A DNA stretch of 49,108 nt from positions 1-49,108 of the forward strand of contig JAUCBJ010001394.1 of NCBI GenBank assembly GCA_032718475.1, given 5' to 3'. This DNA is from Nemertoderma westbladi (Eukaryota > Animalia > Xenacoelomorpha). Both the position numbers and the translations under genes were made by a program. This document shows, piece after piece, positions 24,801 to 36,865 of this stretch. The notes below the pieces were generated by a model that searched no databases, was not told the origin of the DNA, and was given only the letters and a program-made list of their open reading frames with translations. Every line of letters starts with the position of its first letter. The first letter of the stretch is position 1.

Positions 24801-27800
24801 TCCACCACACCAGCACATCGCCATACAGAGCGAGTACATAAGGTAGGGAAGCACCATCCACCACACCAGCACATCGCCATACAGAGCGAGTACATAAGGT
24901 AGGGAAGCACCATCCACCACACGAGCACATCGCCATACAGAGCGAGTACATAAGGAAGGGAAGCACCATCCACCACACCAGCACATCGCCATACAGAGCG
25001 AGTACATAAGGTAGGGAAGCACCATCCACCACACCAGCACATCGCCATACAGAGCGAGTACATAAGGTAGGGAAGCACCATCCACCACACGAGCACATCG
25101 CCATACAGAGCGAGTACATAAGGAAGGGAAGCACCATCCACCACACCAGCACATCGCCATACAGAGCGAGTACATAAGGTAGGGGAAGCACCATCCACCA
25201 TACCAGCACATCGCCATACAGAGCGAGTACATAAGGTAGGGAAGCACCATCCACCACACCAGCACATCGCCATACAGAACGAGTACATAAGGTAGGGGAA
25301 GCACCATCCACCATACCAGCACATCGCCATACAGAGCGAGTACATAAGGTAGGGAAGCACCATCCACCACACCAGCACATCGCCATACAGAGCGAGTACA
25401 TAAGGTAGGGAAGCACCATCCACCACACCAGCACATCGCCATACAGAGCGAGTACATAAGGTAGGGAAGTACCATCCACCACACCAGCGCATCGCCATAC
25501 AGAGCGAGTACATAAGGTAGGGAAGCACCATCCACCACACCAGCACATCGCCATACAGAGCGAGTACATAAGGTAGGGAAGTACCATCCACCACACCAGC
25601 ACATCGCTACACAGAGCGAGTACTAAGGTAGGGAAGCACCATCCACCACACCAGCACATCGCCATACAGAGCGAGTACATAAGGTAGGGAAGCACCATCC
25701 ACCACACCAGCACATCGCCATACAGAACGAGTACATAAGGAAGGGAAGCACCATCCACCACACCAGCACATCGCCATACAGAGCGAGTACATAAGGTAGG
25801 GAAGCACCATCCACCACACCAGCACATCGCTACACAGAGCGAGTACTAAGGTAGGGAAGCACCATCCACCACACCAGCACATCGCCATACAGAGCGAGTA
25901 CATAAGGTAGGGAAGCACCATCCACCACACCAGCACATCGCCATACAGAGCGAGTACATAAGATAGGGAAGCACCATCCACCACACCAGCACATCGCCAT
26001 ACAGAGCGAGTACATAAGGTAGGGAAGCACCATCCACCACACCAGCACATCGCTACACAGAGCGAGTACTAAGGTAGGGAAGCACCATCCACCACACCAG
26101 CACATCGCCATACAGAGCGAGTACATAAGGTAGGGAAGCACCATCCACCACACCAGCACATCGCCATACAGAGCGAGTACATAAGGTAGGGAAGCACCAT
26201 CCACCACACCAGCACATCTCCATACAGAGCGAGTACATAAGGTAGGGAAGCACCATCCACCACATCAGCACATTGCCATACAAAGCGAGTATATACATAA
26301 GGTAGGGAAGCACCATCCACCACACCAGCACATCGCCATACAGAGCGAGTACATAAGGTAGGGAAGCACCATCCACCACACCAGCACATCGCCATACAGA
26401 GCGAGTACATAAGGTAGGGAAGCACCATCCACCACACCAGCACATCGCCATACAGAGCGAGTACATAAGGTAGGGAAGCACCATCCACCACACCAGCACA
26501 TCGCCATACAGAGCGAGTACATAAGGTAGAGAAGCACCATCCACCACACCAGCACATCGCCATACAGAGCGAGTACATAAGGTAGGGAAGCACCATCCAC
26601 CACACCAGCACATCTCCATACAGAGCGAGTACATAAGGTATGGAAGCAACATCCACCACACCAGCACATCGCCATACAGAGGGAGTACATAAGGTAGGGA
26701 AGCACCATCCACCACACCAGCACATCGCCATACAGAGCGAGTACATAAGGTAGGGAAGCACCATCTACCACACCAGCACATCGCCATACAGAGCGAGTAC
26801 ATAAGGTAGGGAAGGACCATCCACCACACCAGCACATCGCCATACAGAGCGAGTACATTAGGTAGGGAAGGACCATCCACCACACCAGCACATCGCCATA
26901 CAGAGCGAGTACATAAGGTAGGGAAGCACCATCCACCACACCAGCACATCGCCATACAGAGCGAGTACATAAGGTAGGGAAGCACCATCCACCACACCAG
27001 CACATCGCCATACAGAGCGAGTACATAAGGTAGGGAAGCACCATCCACCACACCAGCACATCGCCATACAGAGCGAGCACATAGGGTAGGGAAGCACCAT
27101 CCACCACACCAGCACATCGCCATACAGAGCGAGTACATAAGGTAGGGAAGCACCATCCACCACACCAGCACATCTCCATACAGAGCGAGTACATAAGGTA
27201 GGGAAGCACCATCCACCACACCAGCACATCGCCATACAGAGCGAGTACATAAGGTAGGGAAGGACCATCCACCACACCAGCACATCGCCATACAGAGCGA
27301 GTACATAAGGTAGGAAACACCATCCACCACACCAGCATATCGCCATACAGAGCGAGTACATAAGGTAGGGAAGCACCATCCACCACACCAGCACATCGCC
27401 ATACAGAGCGAGTACATTAGGTAGGGAAGGACCATCCACCACACCAGCACATCGCCATACAGAGCGAGTACATAAGGTAGGGGAGCACCATCCACCACAC
27501 CAGCACATCGCCATACAGAGCGAGTACATTAGGTAGGGAAGGACCATCCACCACACCAGCACATCGCCATACAGAGCGAGTACATAAGGTAGGGGAGCAC
27601 CATCCACCACACCAGCACATCGCCATACAGAGCGAGTACATAAGGTAGGGAAGCACCATCCACCACACCAGCACATCGCCATACAGAGCGAGTACATAAG
27701 GTAGGGAAGCACCATCCACCACACCAGCACATCTCCATACAGAGCGAGTACATAAGGTAGGGGAAGCACGATCCACCACACCAGCACATCGCCATACAGA

Positions 27801-29045
27801 GCGAGTACATAAGGTAGGGGAAGCACCATCCACCATACCAGCACATCGCCATACAGAGCGAGTACATAAGGTAGGGAAGCACCATCCACCACACCAGCAC
27901 ATCGCCATACAGAACGAGTACATAAGGAAGGGAAGCACCATCCACCATCCACCACACCAGCACATCGCCATACAGAGCGAGCACATAAGGTAGGGAAGCA
28001 CCATCCACCACACCAGCACATCGCCATACAGAGCGAGTACATAAGGTAGGGAAGCACCATCCACCACACCAGCACATCGCCATACAGAGCGAGTACATAA
28101 GATAGGGAAGCACCATCCACCACACCAGCACATCGCCATACAGAGCGAGTACATAAGGTAGGGAAGCACCATCCACCACACCAGCACATCTCCATACAGA
28201 GCGAGTACATAAGGTAGGGAAGCACCATCCACCACACCAGCACATCGCCATACAGAGCGAGTACATTAGGTAGGGAAGGACCATCCACCACACCAGCACA
28301 TCGCCATACAGAGCGAGTACATTAGGTAGGGAAGCACCATCCACCACACCAGCACATCGCCATACAGAGCGAGTACATATGGTAGGGAAGCACCATCCAC
28401 CACACCAGCACATCGCCATACAGAGCGAGTACATAAGGTAGGGAAGCACCATCCACCACACCAGCACATCGCCATACAGAGCGAGTACATAAGGTAGGGA
28501 AGCACCATCTACCACACCAGCACATCTCCATACAGAGCGAGTACATAAGGTAGGGAATCACCATCCACCACACCAGCGCATCGCCATACAGAGCGAGTAC
28601 ATAAGGTAGGGAAGCACCATCCACCACACCAGCACATCTCCATACAGAGCGAGTACATAAGGTAGGGAAGCACCATCCACCACACCAGCACATCGCCATA
28701 CAGAGCGAGTACATTAGGTAGGGAAGGACCATCCACCACACCAGCACATCGCCATACAGAGCGAGTACATTAGGTAGGGAAGCACCATCCACCACACCAG
28801 CACATCGCCATACAGAGCGAGTACATAAGGTAGGGAAGCACCATCCACCACACCAGCACATCGCCATACAGAGCGAGTACATAAGGTAGGGAAGCACCAT
28901 CCACCACACCAGCACATCGCCATACAGAGCGAGTACATAAGGTAGGGAAGCACCATCTACCACACCAGCACATCTCCATACAGAGCGAGTACATAAGGTA
29001 GGGAATCACCATCCACCACACCAGCGCATCGCCATACAGAGCGAG
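21822..29045. repeat. 56-bp minisatellite, about 129 copies, 7.2 kb, in GALNT intron 2
   Basis: Unit ccaccacaccagcacatcgccatacagagcgagtacataaggtagggaagcaccat; highly homogeneous. Confidence 0.98.
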
Positions 29046-29112
29046 AAGACTTAAAGCAAGCACATGTGTATTTTTTCTTTGTTTTAAAATTGATGGCCTC
29101 AATGGGCCATAC

Positions 29113-29370
29113 AGGTGTCCCATTAGTCCCCCTAAATTTGAATCGAGCCACCTCCGCTTTCCAGGACATTGTTATCACCGCGAGGACCAGTCAGTGTACA
29201 ATCTTGTGCTTTGGCGGTCTCATGGAGTGATTATGGATAGCAACTTATGACTTCCTTGGGACGACTCTTAAAGGACACTGCTCCCTTGAAGAGGCGGATA
29301 ATGTTTTGAAAGAAGTTGCAGATATTATATAGGGAGTTGTGCTGCGAACTTCTGTCAATAAACCGGCACA
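29113..29370 (+). mobile_element. Decayed RTE LINE 3' fragment, right of the 56-bp array
   Basis: LRFPGHCYHREDQSVYNLVLW; similar to the reverse complement of about 35300-35510. Confidence 0.75.
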
Positions 29371-30119
29371 ACATTCCTAATGGGACTGCAATGTGGTTAT
29401 ACTATACATATAGATAGATCGGAATTATAAAAATATTTTCCTATAATTTTCTTGATCAATATTTAATAAATACAATTTTACTTATTTAATGTTCTGCGTT
29501 GAGCCCGAGTTCACTTTTGATCTATTCTTTCTAGTCTTTGTTCTGTTCTCAAATAATTCAACATTATAATTATTATAATATAATAACAATTCTTTAACAG
29601 CATCACCAATAAAAGAATATGTAAAAAAGTATAAAACACAATGTGGCTACTGCAATGGCGAATACCAAAACCACAACCCTGTCACCAAGAATTATATTCC
29701 AACATTTCCTCATTGTAACTGCATCATCATCTATTGTCTCAATACGAACATTAGTATCCCGTGACGACGTTGTTGTATTCTCAATATTCCTTATCACATC
29801 ATAATAAACACCATCCATTTCTTCTCGAGTTATCACCAGCTGAATACCTGTATCGTTGATTTTTTTTGCCATTACTATATAGTAACATGCGTTAGGTTTT
29901 TATATCAGTCTAAATTACATGTTTATATTTCTTTACTCAATTTACTAAAAGAATTGAAGGACAGGTGGCTTTCTCAAGGTGTAGAGCAGATAATTGACAA
30001 TTGGGTGAAGTTTCAAAGGGACTGGTAATGCATGAACTAAAGTGTCGCAAATAACCCGGCTGGGAAGCAGCACTACAAAGTTGCACTAATCCTGTTTCTG
30101 TCTGTTACTATAACATGTT

Positions 30120-30486
30120 CGTGGGGCCTTCCACCTTCGCGCAGCGCGAAGTCAGCAAAGTCTTAGTTGGTCATTAGTTATTAACGCTGATTAATGCTGT
30201 CGTTTGTCAGAAGTCGTCAACACAATTTTTTTGCCTCATTTTGCCTCATTGCGTTCGTTCGCTTTTTACCATACTTCAGATTCTTTCTAAACTTTTGACG
30301 GACTATACATACATTTACGTACTAAATAAGTAGTTATTAAATTACTAAATAGTTACTAAATAGTTACTAAAAAGTTACTAAATAGTTATTGGCGATCATA
30401 AATTTACGGCTACAGACGACGACGACAGACAACTCGTTAATGGCACCCATTTGCTAAGGCTTCGCTCACTTCGTGGCTCACCCCAC
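30120..30486. mobile_element. Possible small non-autonomous element (Helentron/MITE-like)
   Basis: GC hairpin cttcgcgc-a-gcgcgaag near the left end, short internal repeats (tagttactaaa)n, (gac)n, gtgggg...ccccac ends. Confidence 0.35.
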
Positions 30487-30781
30487 ATATCAAGCATTGG
30501 GTGCCTTATGCGATTACCCTGAAATGCTTGGCTCACGGCAGCCAGTCACCCACCACGTATTGTCACCAGCGGTGCATCGTATGGATAATGCACAGGTCTT
30601 CCCTGCTCACAGCCATCCTTGGCCTGGCCGTCCCATCCTGGTGCTGTACAATGCGTTCATTCAAATGCTGCATGTCCAATATATACCCCTTGAAATGGAG
30701 AAAAAATATTCATTAACTAACATCCAAAATAATTAACAAAGTCACGGCACTTGCTGCACATGAAAACTTGAAATGTACATC

Positions 30782-31073
30782 TAGTGTTTATACGGGATCC
30801 CCATCCCGAAAAATCGGGATCAAAGCGAAAAATGTAATCCCGATCCCGAGATCGAGATCGAGATCCCGAAGTATAAATAGTGAACCAAATTTGTTGAGTA
30901 TCTGAATTGCATCTATCTGCATTCTTTTTCCAGCAGAACGGACACCCCACATATTAACTTTAAGGAATTTAATCAAAAATTGTAATCCTGATCTCGAAAA
31001 ACGGGATCCCGAGAGTGATAATCCCGTTCCCGTTCCCGGAAATCCCGAAAGGTGTGATCGTGTTTAAACACTA
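30782..31073. mobile_element. MITE with TAGTGTTTA(A/T)AC TIRs (hAT-like)
   Basis: tagtgtttatacgggatccc...tgtttaaacacta; internal atcccg repeats. Confidence 0.75.
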
Positions 31074-31074
31074 C

Positions 31075-31196
31075 TACATACATACATACATACATACATA
31101 CATACATACATACATACATACATACATACATACATACATACATACACCCCTACATTCATACATACACACATACATACATACATACATACATACATA
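31075..31196. repeat. (TACA)n microsatellite
   Basis: Direct reading. Confidence 0.97.
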
Positions 31197-31429
31197 AACG
31201 CAAGCCTGTTATTAACAAACAGATACACGATTGGTGCAAGTTTATAGTGCTTCTTTGCTTAACCGTGTTTGGTTTTCCTAAGTTTTACCATGTTTTACCC
31301 CATATTCTGCAGCAACTTCACGCACAATTGTCATTTACAGGCTCTTCTTTTTGAGACTTGACATATACCAACCGGTAAGGTTTGTACGTTATCTTGTTGA
31401 ATTAATTAAATAACTACAATTATATTAAT

Positions 31430-32338
31430 TAATTTTGTTACATTATGTCAACTTATCAGCGTTCTGGTGAATTACTAGTAACGCTGCAAAGTACTACTTT
31501 GCAGCGTTGCGGTCTATAGGACGGAACGCTGCGAATTAATCAATAACATGGAAACAGCTTCAATTACAGTATTCCGGAATGTATTATTCATTTTATTTTA
31601 ATGCGTGCTGCTTTATCCAGTTTGCAGTGACGGGACTAGCTACAACTGAATGTAAATAATTGTTTAAGGGGGGGGGGGGGGGGGGGGGGGGTACACCATT
31701 TTCGGACAACTCTTCGATTTATCACTCTCAGCGTTTCAAAATTGTTTGGTTTTGGCTAAAATTTGGCATATAGGTGCCTAAGATGCTATTGTACATGACA
31801 GGCCAGAAAAAAAATTTTGTTTTCGCTATTTAATATTAGTTAATACTAGTCAACAATAAAAAAAACTTATTTATATTTAAAATATTTTACTTATTATACT
31901 ATTTATATTATATATATATATATATTATACTTATTATACTTAAAATATTTGGAGATAATCGATCTTTCATTATACAGAGTAATAGTAATTTCAATAGGAT
32001 TCCCTAAATGGAAATTTACATAACTTGAAAACTAAAAGAGCTATTAAATGGCGACAGTGTTCAGTAAAACTGAACGGACACAGACACAGACGGTGACTCA
32101 GTTTGCTTCAGTCGACTATGTCAACATGGATTAATGATTTATCACATCCATGCAGGATATAACTTCCGATAAACTTGAATTAGATTTAAATGTATAATTA
32201 AATAATTAATACTGTGTACCGTTAATAAATTTAACTTATATTCGATATAGTACATGATTAAAATGTATAAATGAGCATCTATAAAATCCTTTCTTCACAA
32301 ACCGAACGCTGATAAGTTGACATAATGTAACAAAATTA
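31430..32338. mobile_element. Non-autonomous TIR element (about 34-bp perfect inverted repeats)
   Basis: taattttgttacattatgtcaacttatcagcgttc ... gaacgctgataagttgacataatgtaacaaaatta. Confidence 0.72.
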
Positions 32339-34461
32339 CATACATCATTGCTTGCAAAGGTCACTTTTCAGCGTTAAAAACCCTTGTTTATTTATGTAAA
32401 CCCCACCCCCCCCCCCCTCGCTGCGCTCGCTCGGTACATAAATAAACTCGGGTCATAACGCTGCAAAGTGCTACTTTGCACACATTGATGTAAATAGTTA
32501 TTGTGTATATTATGAGTTAGTTAGTTAGCATTATAATATATGCTGAACAAACTACTTACATATATAGAGTATAAAACTATCTTGTTTATAATCTGCGAGA
32601 GATTATCGATGAAGTATGTTTTAATTCCCTTTTCACACATGAATATACAATATCACTAATTATTCCGATGCCAACAATTTCTTAAGAATTGATCAGGTAT
32701 TATCATTCAGTAAATAGTTTGGAGAATTCCCTTCCGGTCTGAAAGTAAGATTGGCAGAATCAACAATAAGCTTAGTGTGTTCTTATTATCGTATGAGGTA
32801 TTAAAGACCGGGACTGGGTGTTGTCACTGTTGCGGCTACTTTTTTTTATAAACTCGCCGCAACGCGACTTTCAATTTGAAAGTCGCGGTTTATAATAATT
32901 AAGTTTATTTAGTTAAATACTTTACTTTGAAATCTAATCACTTTCCACTAAATTTATTTATACATTTTCCACTAATTTTAATCTCTTATCACAAAAATAA
33001 TAACTTTACCTTTCGCATTTGATCCCAGTTCAACCTTTAAATGGTAGCGCATCTTTAGATCCGTGAGTAATTAGGTCCTGCGTATCTTAGGTAATTGTAA
33101 TTATATTATATTTTGTAGCTATTTTATTTAAAGTTGATTTCTAGCCTCTATGACTTTCTATGACTAGATTCTATGACTTACAGTGTTGATTCTGACTCTT
33201 TTCCGATTGTAACTCCTTACTACCCTGCACGTTAACTTTCGTTTGTTGGGTTGGTTCCCCGATCGCTGCCTCTGTATCCTGCTCCTTTACAAACCTGATC
33301 CTTTCTGCTTCGGGACCAAAGGGTTGTTGACATAACGTGGTGAGGCCTGAAGCGACAGGTCTTACTACCCCGTGTAACTTATCGCGACACAATCAAACCA
33401 ACAGCCAAGACAATGTGACAAGGTAGTGCCGTGTCTGGTATTATGTTATTTAGTGATTTTAAAATTTTTATAGTAAAATAATGATTATAATTAGTGAATG
33501 AATGGTTCGTTTTAGTAATAAATATTTATTTTTAGTGATACATGATTATTTTTAGTGATAAATGAATTATTTGGTGATGCGAGTGACTCTTTTTTTGTGA
33601 TTTTTTTTATTGAAAATAATTTTTAGTGAGTCGAAATATAGGTGCCGGTATATCATATTAAAATAAAAATCATATAACATTCTGCATCCGAAATGTTCTC
33701 TCCTCAATAGAAACTGTTGGGGAAAATTAATAATACACAAATAATTACAAAAATTATTAATACATACATGCAGGAAATTAAAAATTAGCACAAAACGTTC
33801 CAACTACTGTACCTAAAATGAAACAACCATAAAAAAAATTATTATATTATATTTCATACATTATAAATCTGACAAAATATATTTAATCATATCAACATAA
33901 TCAATTTAAGTTACACTGAAGTTCCATATTACGGAAGAAAATCTTGTTAGTCCATATTAATTGATTTAAATTTTGTTATAAATTAAAATTATTAATTAAT
34001 TATATAAATGATGTGATGTGCTATAATTATTTGATTAAAATGGAATTGACTTATAGAGAAATGAAATATTCCCACACACAGTAGGTTTTCAGTTTTAAAC
34101 GTATTTTAATTGTTTGTCAGATATTCATTTAATGTGTACCGCCTTCTGATAAAGCGGCCTCCAATTACAGTCTATCTATTACAGTTGGCATCTCTTTAGC
34201 AACAGGTGCAGAGATGTAAGGAACTGCGGTAGACTTTGTTTGGCTTGTAGTTGAGAGTAGGAAGCTTACTTCGTCATTGTTATAACTTCCCATTGATTGA
34301 ATGGTGTGTGAATCAACTCGGTTGGTTTAGTTTACCTGTTGGCTGTACACTATTAGTGTCTGCCACTCTTTAATATTCCACTCACAGTGCACCTCATTAA
34401 TGTTAAATGTGCCTCATACACATCTATATAATTATCTAAGTAAAATAACACACGGGAGTAA

Positions 34462-34870
34462 ATGTAACGCTACTGTAAGTAGCCGTAATGCAATAGTGAG
34501 TAGCCGTAATCATAAAGTGACAGTGAGTAGCCGAAAAGCGACAGTGAGAAATAGTATTGCGACAGTGAGTAGCCATAAAACGATAGTGAGAAACCGTAAT
34601 GCGACAGTGAGTAGCCTTAAAGCGACAATGAGTAGCCGTAATGCGACAGTGAGTAACTATGATGTGACAGTGTGTGCCGTAAAGTGACAGTGAGTAGCCT
34701 TAAAGCGGTAGTAAGTAGCCATAGAGTCACAGTGAGTAACTGTAACGCGACAGTGAGTAGCCATACCTTGACTTTAACCTTGACAGTAACCATTACGCGA
34801 TTTTTTCGAGTAGCCATACCTTGACTTTAACCTTGACAGTAACCATTACGCGATTTTTTCGAATAGCCAT
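34462..34870. repeat. Diverged 21-bp tandem repeat followed by a duplication of about 53 bp
   Basis: gcgacagtgagtagccgtaat-like units; agccataccttgactttaaccttgacagtaaccattacgcgattttttcga occurs twice. Confidence 0.85.
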
Positions 34871-35289
34871 ACGTCGACTTTCAAAGTCATTGCGGTTACT
34901 GTAAAAGTAGCCATACTACCACTGTGCCCTGGGACTGTGATAAATTAATGTGATAATTAAAAGATTTAGGATGATATCATTATGATAGGGAGCTTGTACT
35001 GTATAGTGTATGTAGTAAAGGCCCACGGTAATATCTTAGAGTGATTAGGATTATAGATTGAAACATGTGTAAGAAAATCTCCTAGACAGTGACACAATTA
35101 ACATAACAAAGCTAGGAGTCTGACTATACTACTATAATCGGCTTGCTGCATTGAAGCTGCACATTGAGATGCTATGCTGGCATATCGAAAATATTTTGGC
35201 CACCACCATGCAATCCATAATTGGCATTCTCCAATGCAGCATGCATTAAGAATGCTATAGCAGCTTATCGACAAAATTGCGCCGCCACA

Positions 35290-36290
35290 ACTCCCTATCA
35301 CCCATGAAGCTAGATCATCCGCATCTTCAAGGCTAGTGTCCTTTAAGATGCGTCTCAAGAAAATCATGGGCTGCCACTATGACTATTCTCTCAATGGGGC
35401 TGCCAAATCACAAGATTGTGCACTGGCTGATCCTCACGGCGATAGCAATGTCCTGCAAAGCGGAGGCGGCTTTGTTCTAATGTCAAGCTTGGGGGAACCA
35501 ATTAGACACCTCCAATGATATATAGTGTCTGGTTGAAGATATGTGCATTGTACTTGACACAGTGAACCCGATGTAGCTTTCTTGTGAATGTGCCATTCAG
35601 AGATTTGGTGTCCTCAGCAGTTAGATCCCAGCATGGATTCCCATAGAGGAGTACTGGAACTAATGCTGCTCTAAATAATCGGACCTTTAGTTTCCGATTA
35701 ATTCTATGTGACTTCCAAATCCGGGAAAGCCTATTCAAGGCTGCCCATGCCTTTCCCTTATGTATTCGAAGGTCCCCTTTTGACTTCCGGTTCCATGATA
35801 CCAAGTAACAGATGTCGTTCACATGCTCAGCTCAAGCATACCATCCTTTGAGCTTATGCTCATACGACATACATTTCCTGAGGACTTTCAAAGTTAACTG
35901 TCATAATTTTGGTCTCTTTGGAGTTAAAAAAAAGACCAACACTAGAAGCAGCCTGTTCTAATGAGCTGAGGAGCCGTTGGGCTCCCTCTAGTGATTCTGA
36001 GAGTACTCCTAAGTCATCAGGAAAGTCTAGATCAGTTAGGAACTTACTTGGCAGGATTTCCTCGACTTATGGATTAGGCCTAAGGACATGCGTAGAACAT
36101 AGTAAACCACAATTATTAATTAATAAGAATGCGTGTCAATGAAAATGTGTGTCCCCCAGGAGGAGTCCCCATAACACCTCGAATGGTTGTGTTTCATCGT
36201 CAACAGTAGACACAAAAATGTCGTTGAACCATCGTATATTGATCTGATTGCTACTGCAAAATTCTTATCAGGAATCCCACATAATGAAAA
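35290..36290 (-). mobile_element. Decayed RTE-type LINE (pseudogenised RT)
   Basis: GIPDK..AIRSIYDGS, LTDLDFPDDLG, KAWAALNRLSRIWKS, VLLYGNPCW, RFAGHCYRRED across frameshifts. Confidence 0.82.
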
Positions 36291-36622
36291 TACGCTAAGA
36301 GGAGCTAGGGTCATAATGGTATGCTTACTTATGTTATACGTATATTTCGATATACGGATAGGGTTGATTGGAGAGGGGCGGGGAATATGAATTAAAGATT
36401 TATCAACCTCCAAACAGATGTAATGGTAAATAATGTGAAAACTTATGTATGCTGCAGTGTACTTAAACAAATTGTCAACTTTTTAATTAATAAATACATT
36501 ATTGCCTACTTGTTCTTGCATCTAAAACTAAAACTTGCAACTTTTATGTGTTTTCACCCTATTAATTAATTAATTAATTATTCACGAATTAATTAAAATA
36601 ATTAATCATTTAAATATTCCAG

Positions 36623-36865
36623 GTTATAGTTGTGCGGAATCCGGAACGGGAAGGTCTTATCCGAGCCCGGACAATCGGGGCACAGGCCGCTTCTCGGGGG
36701 GAGGTGGTAATATTCCTTGACGCCCACTGCGAATGTCTACCGAACTGGCTGCCGCCATTGCTGACCCCCATAGCGGAAGATAGGAGAACCATCGTGTGTC
36801 CAGTCATAGATGGGGTGGATCCATTCGACTTCAAGTACAACCAGATTTGGTACAGTTGGAACCAG
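36623..36865 (+). CDS. GALNT7: GALNT exon 3 with DxH metal-binding motif
   Basis: ttccAG|[20 protein letters not shown]...FLDAHCE...WLPPLL...VCPVIDG...[15 protein letters not shown]|GTAAGC; 243 nt using the first donor (3' boundary ambiguous because the donor is tandemly repeated). Confidence 0.92.

Noticed and set aside
21755-29178. Minus-strand ORFs up to 1336 aa, rich in Cys, Trp and Val
   Set aside because: Translations of the 56-bp minisatellite; all three frames cycle through the same peptide and no domain is present
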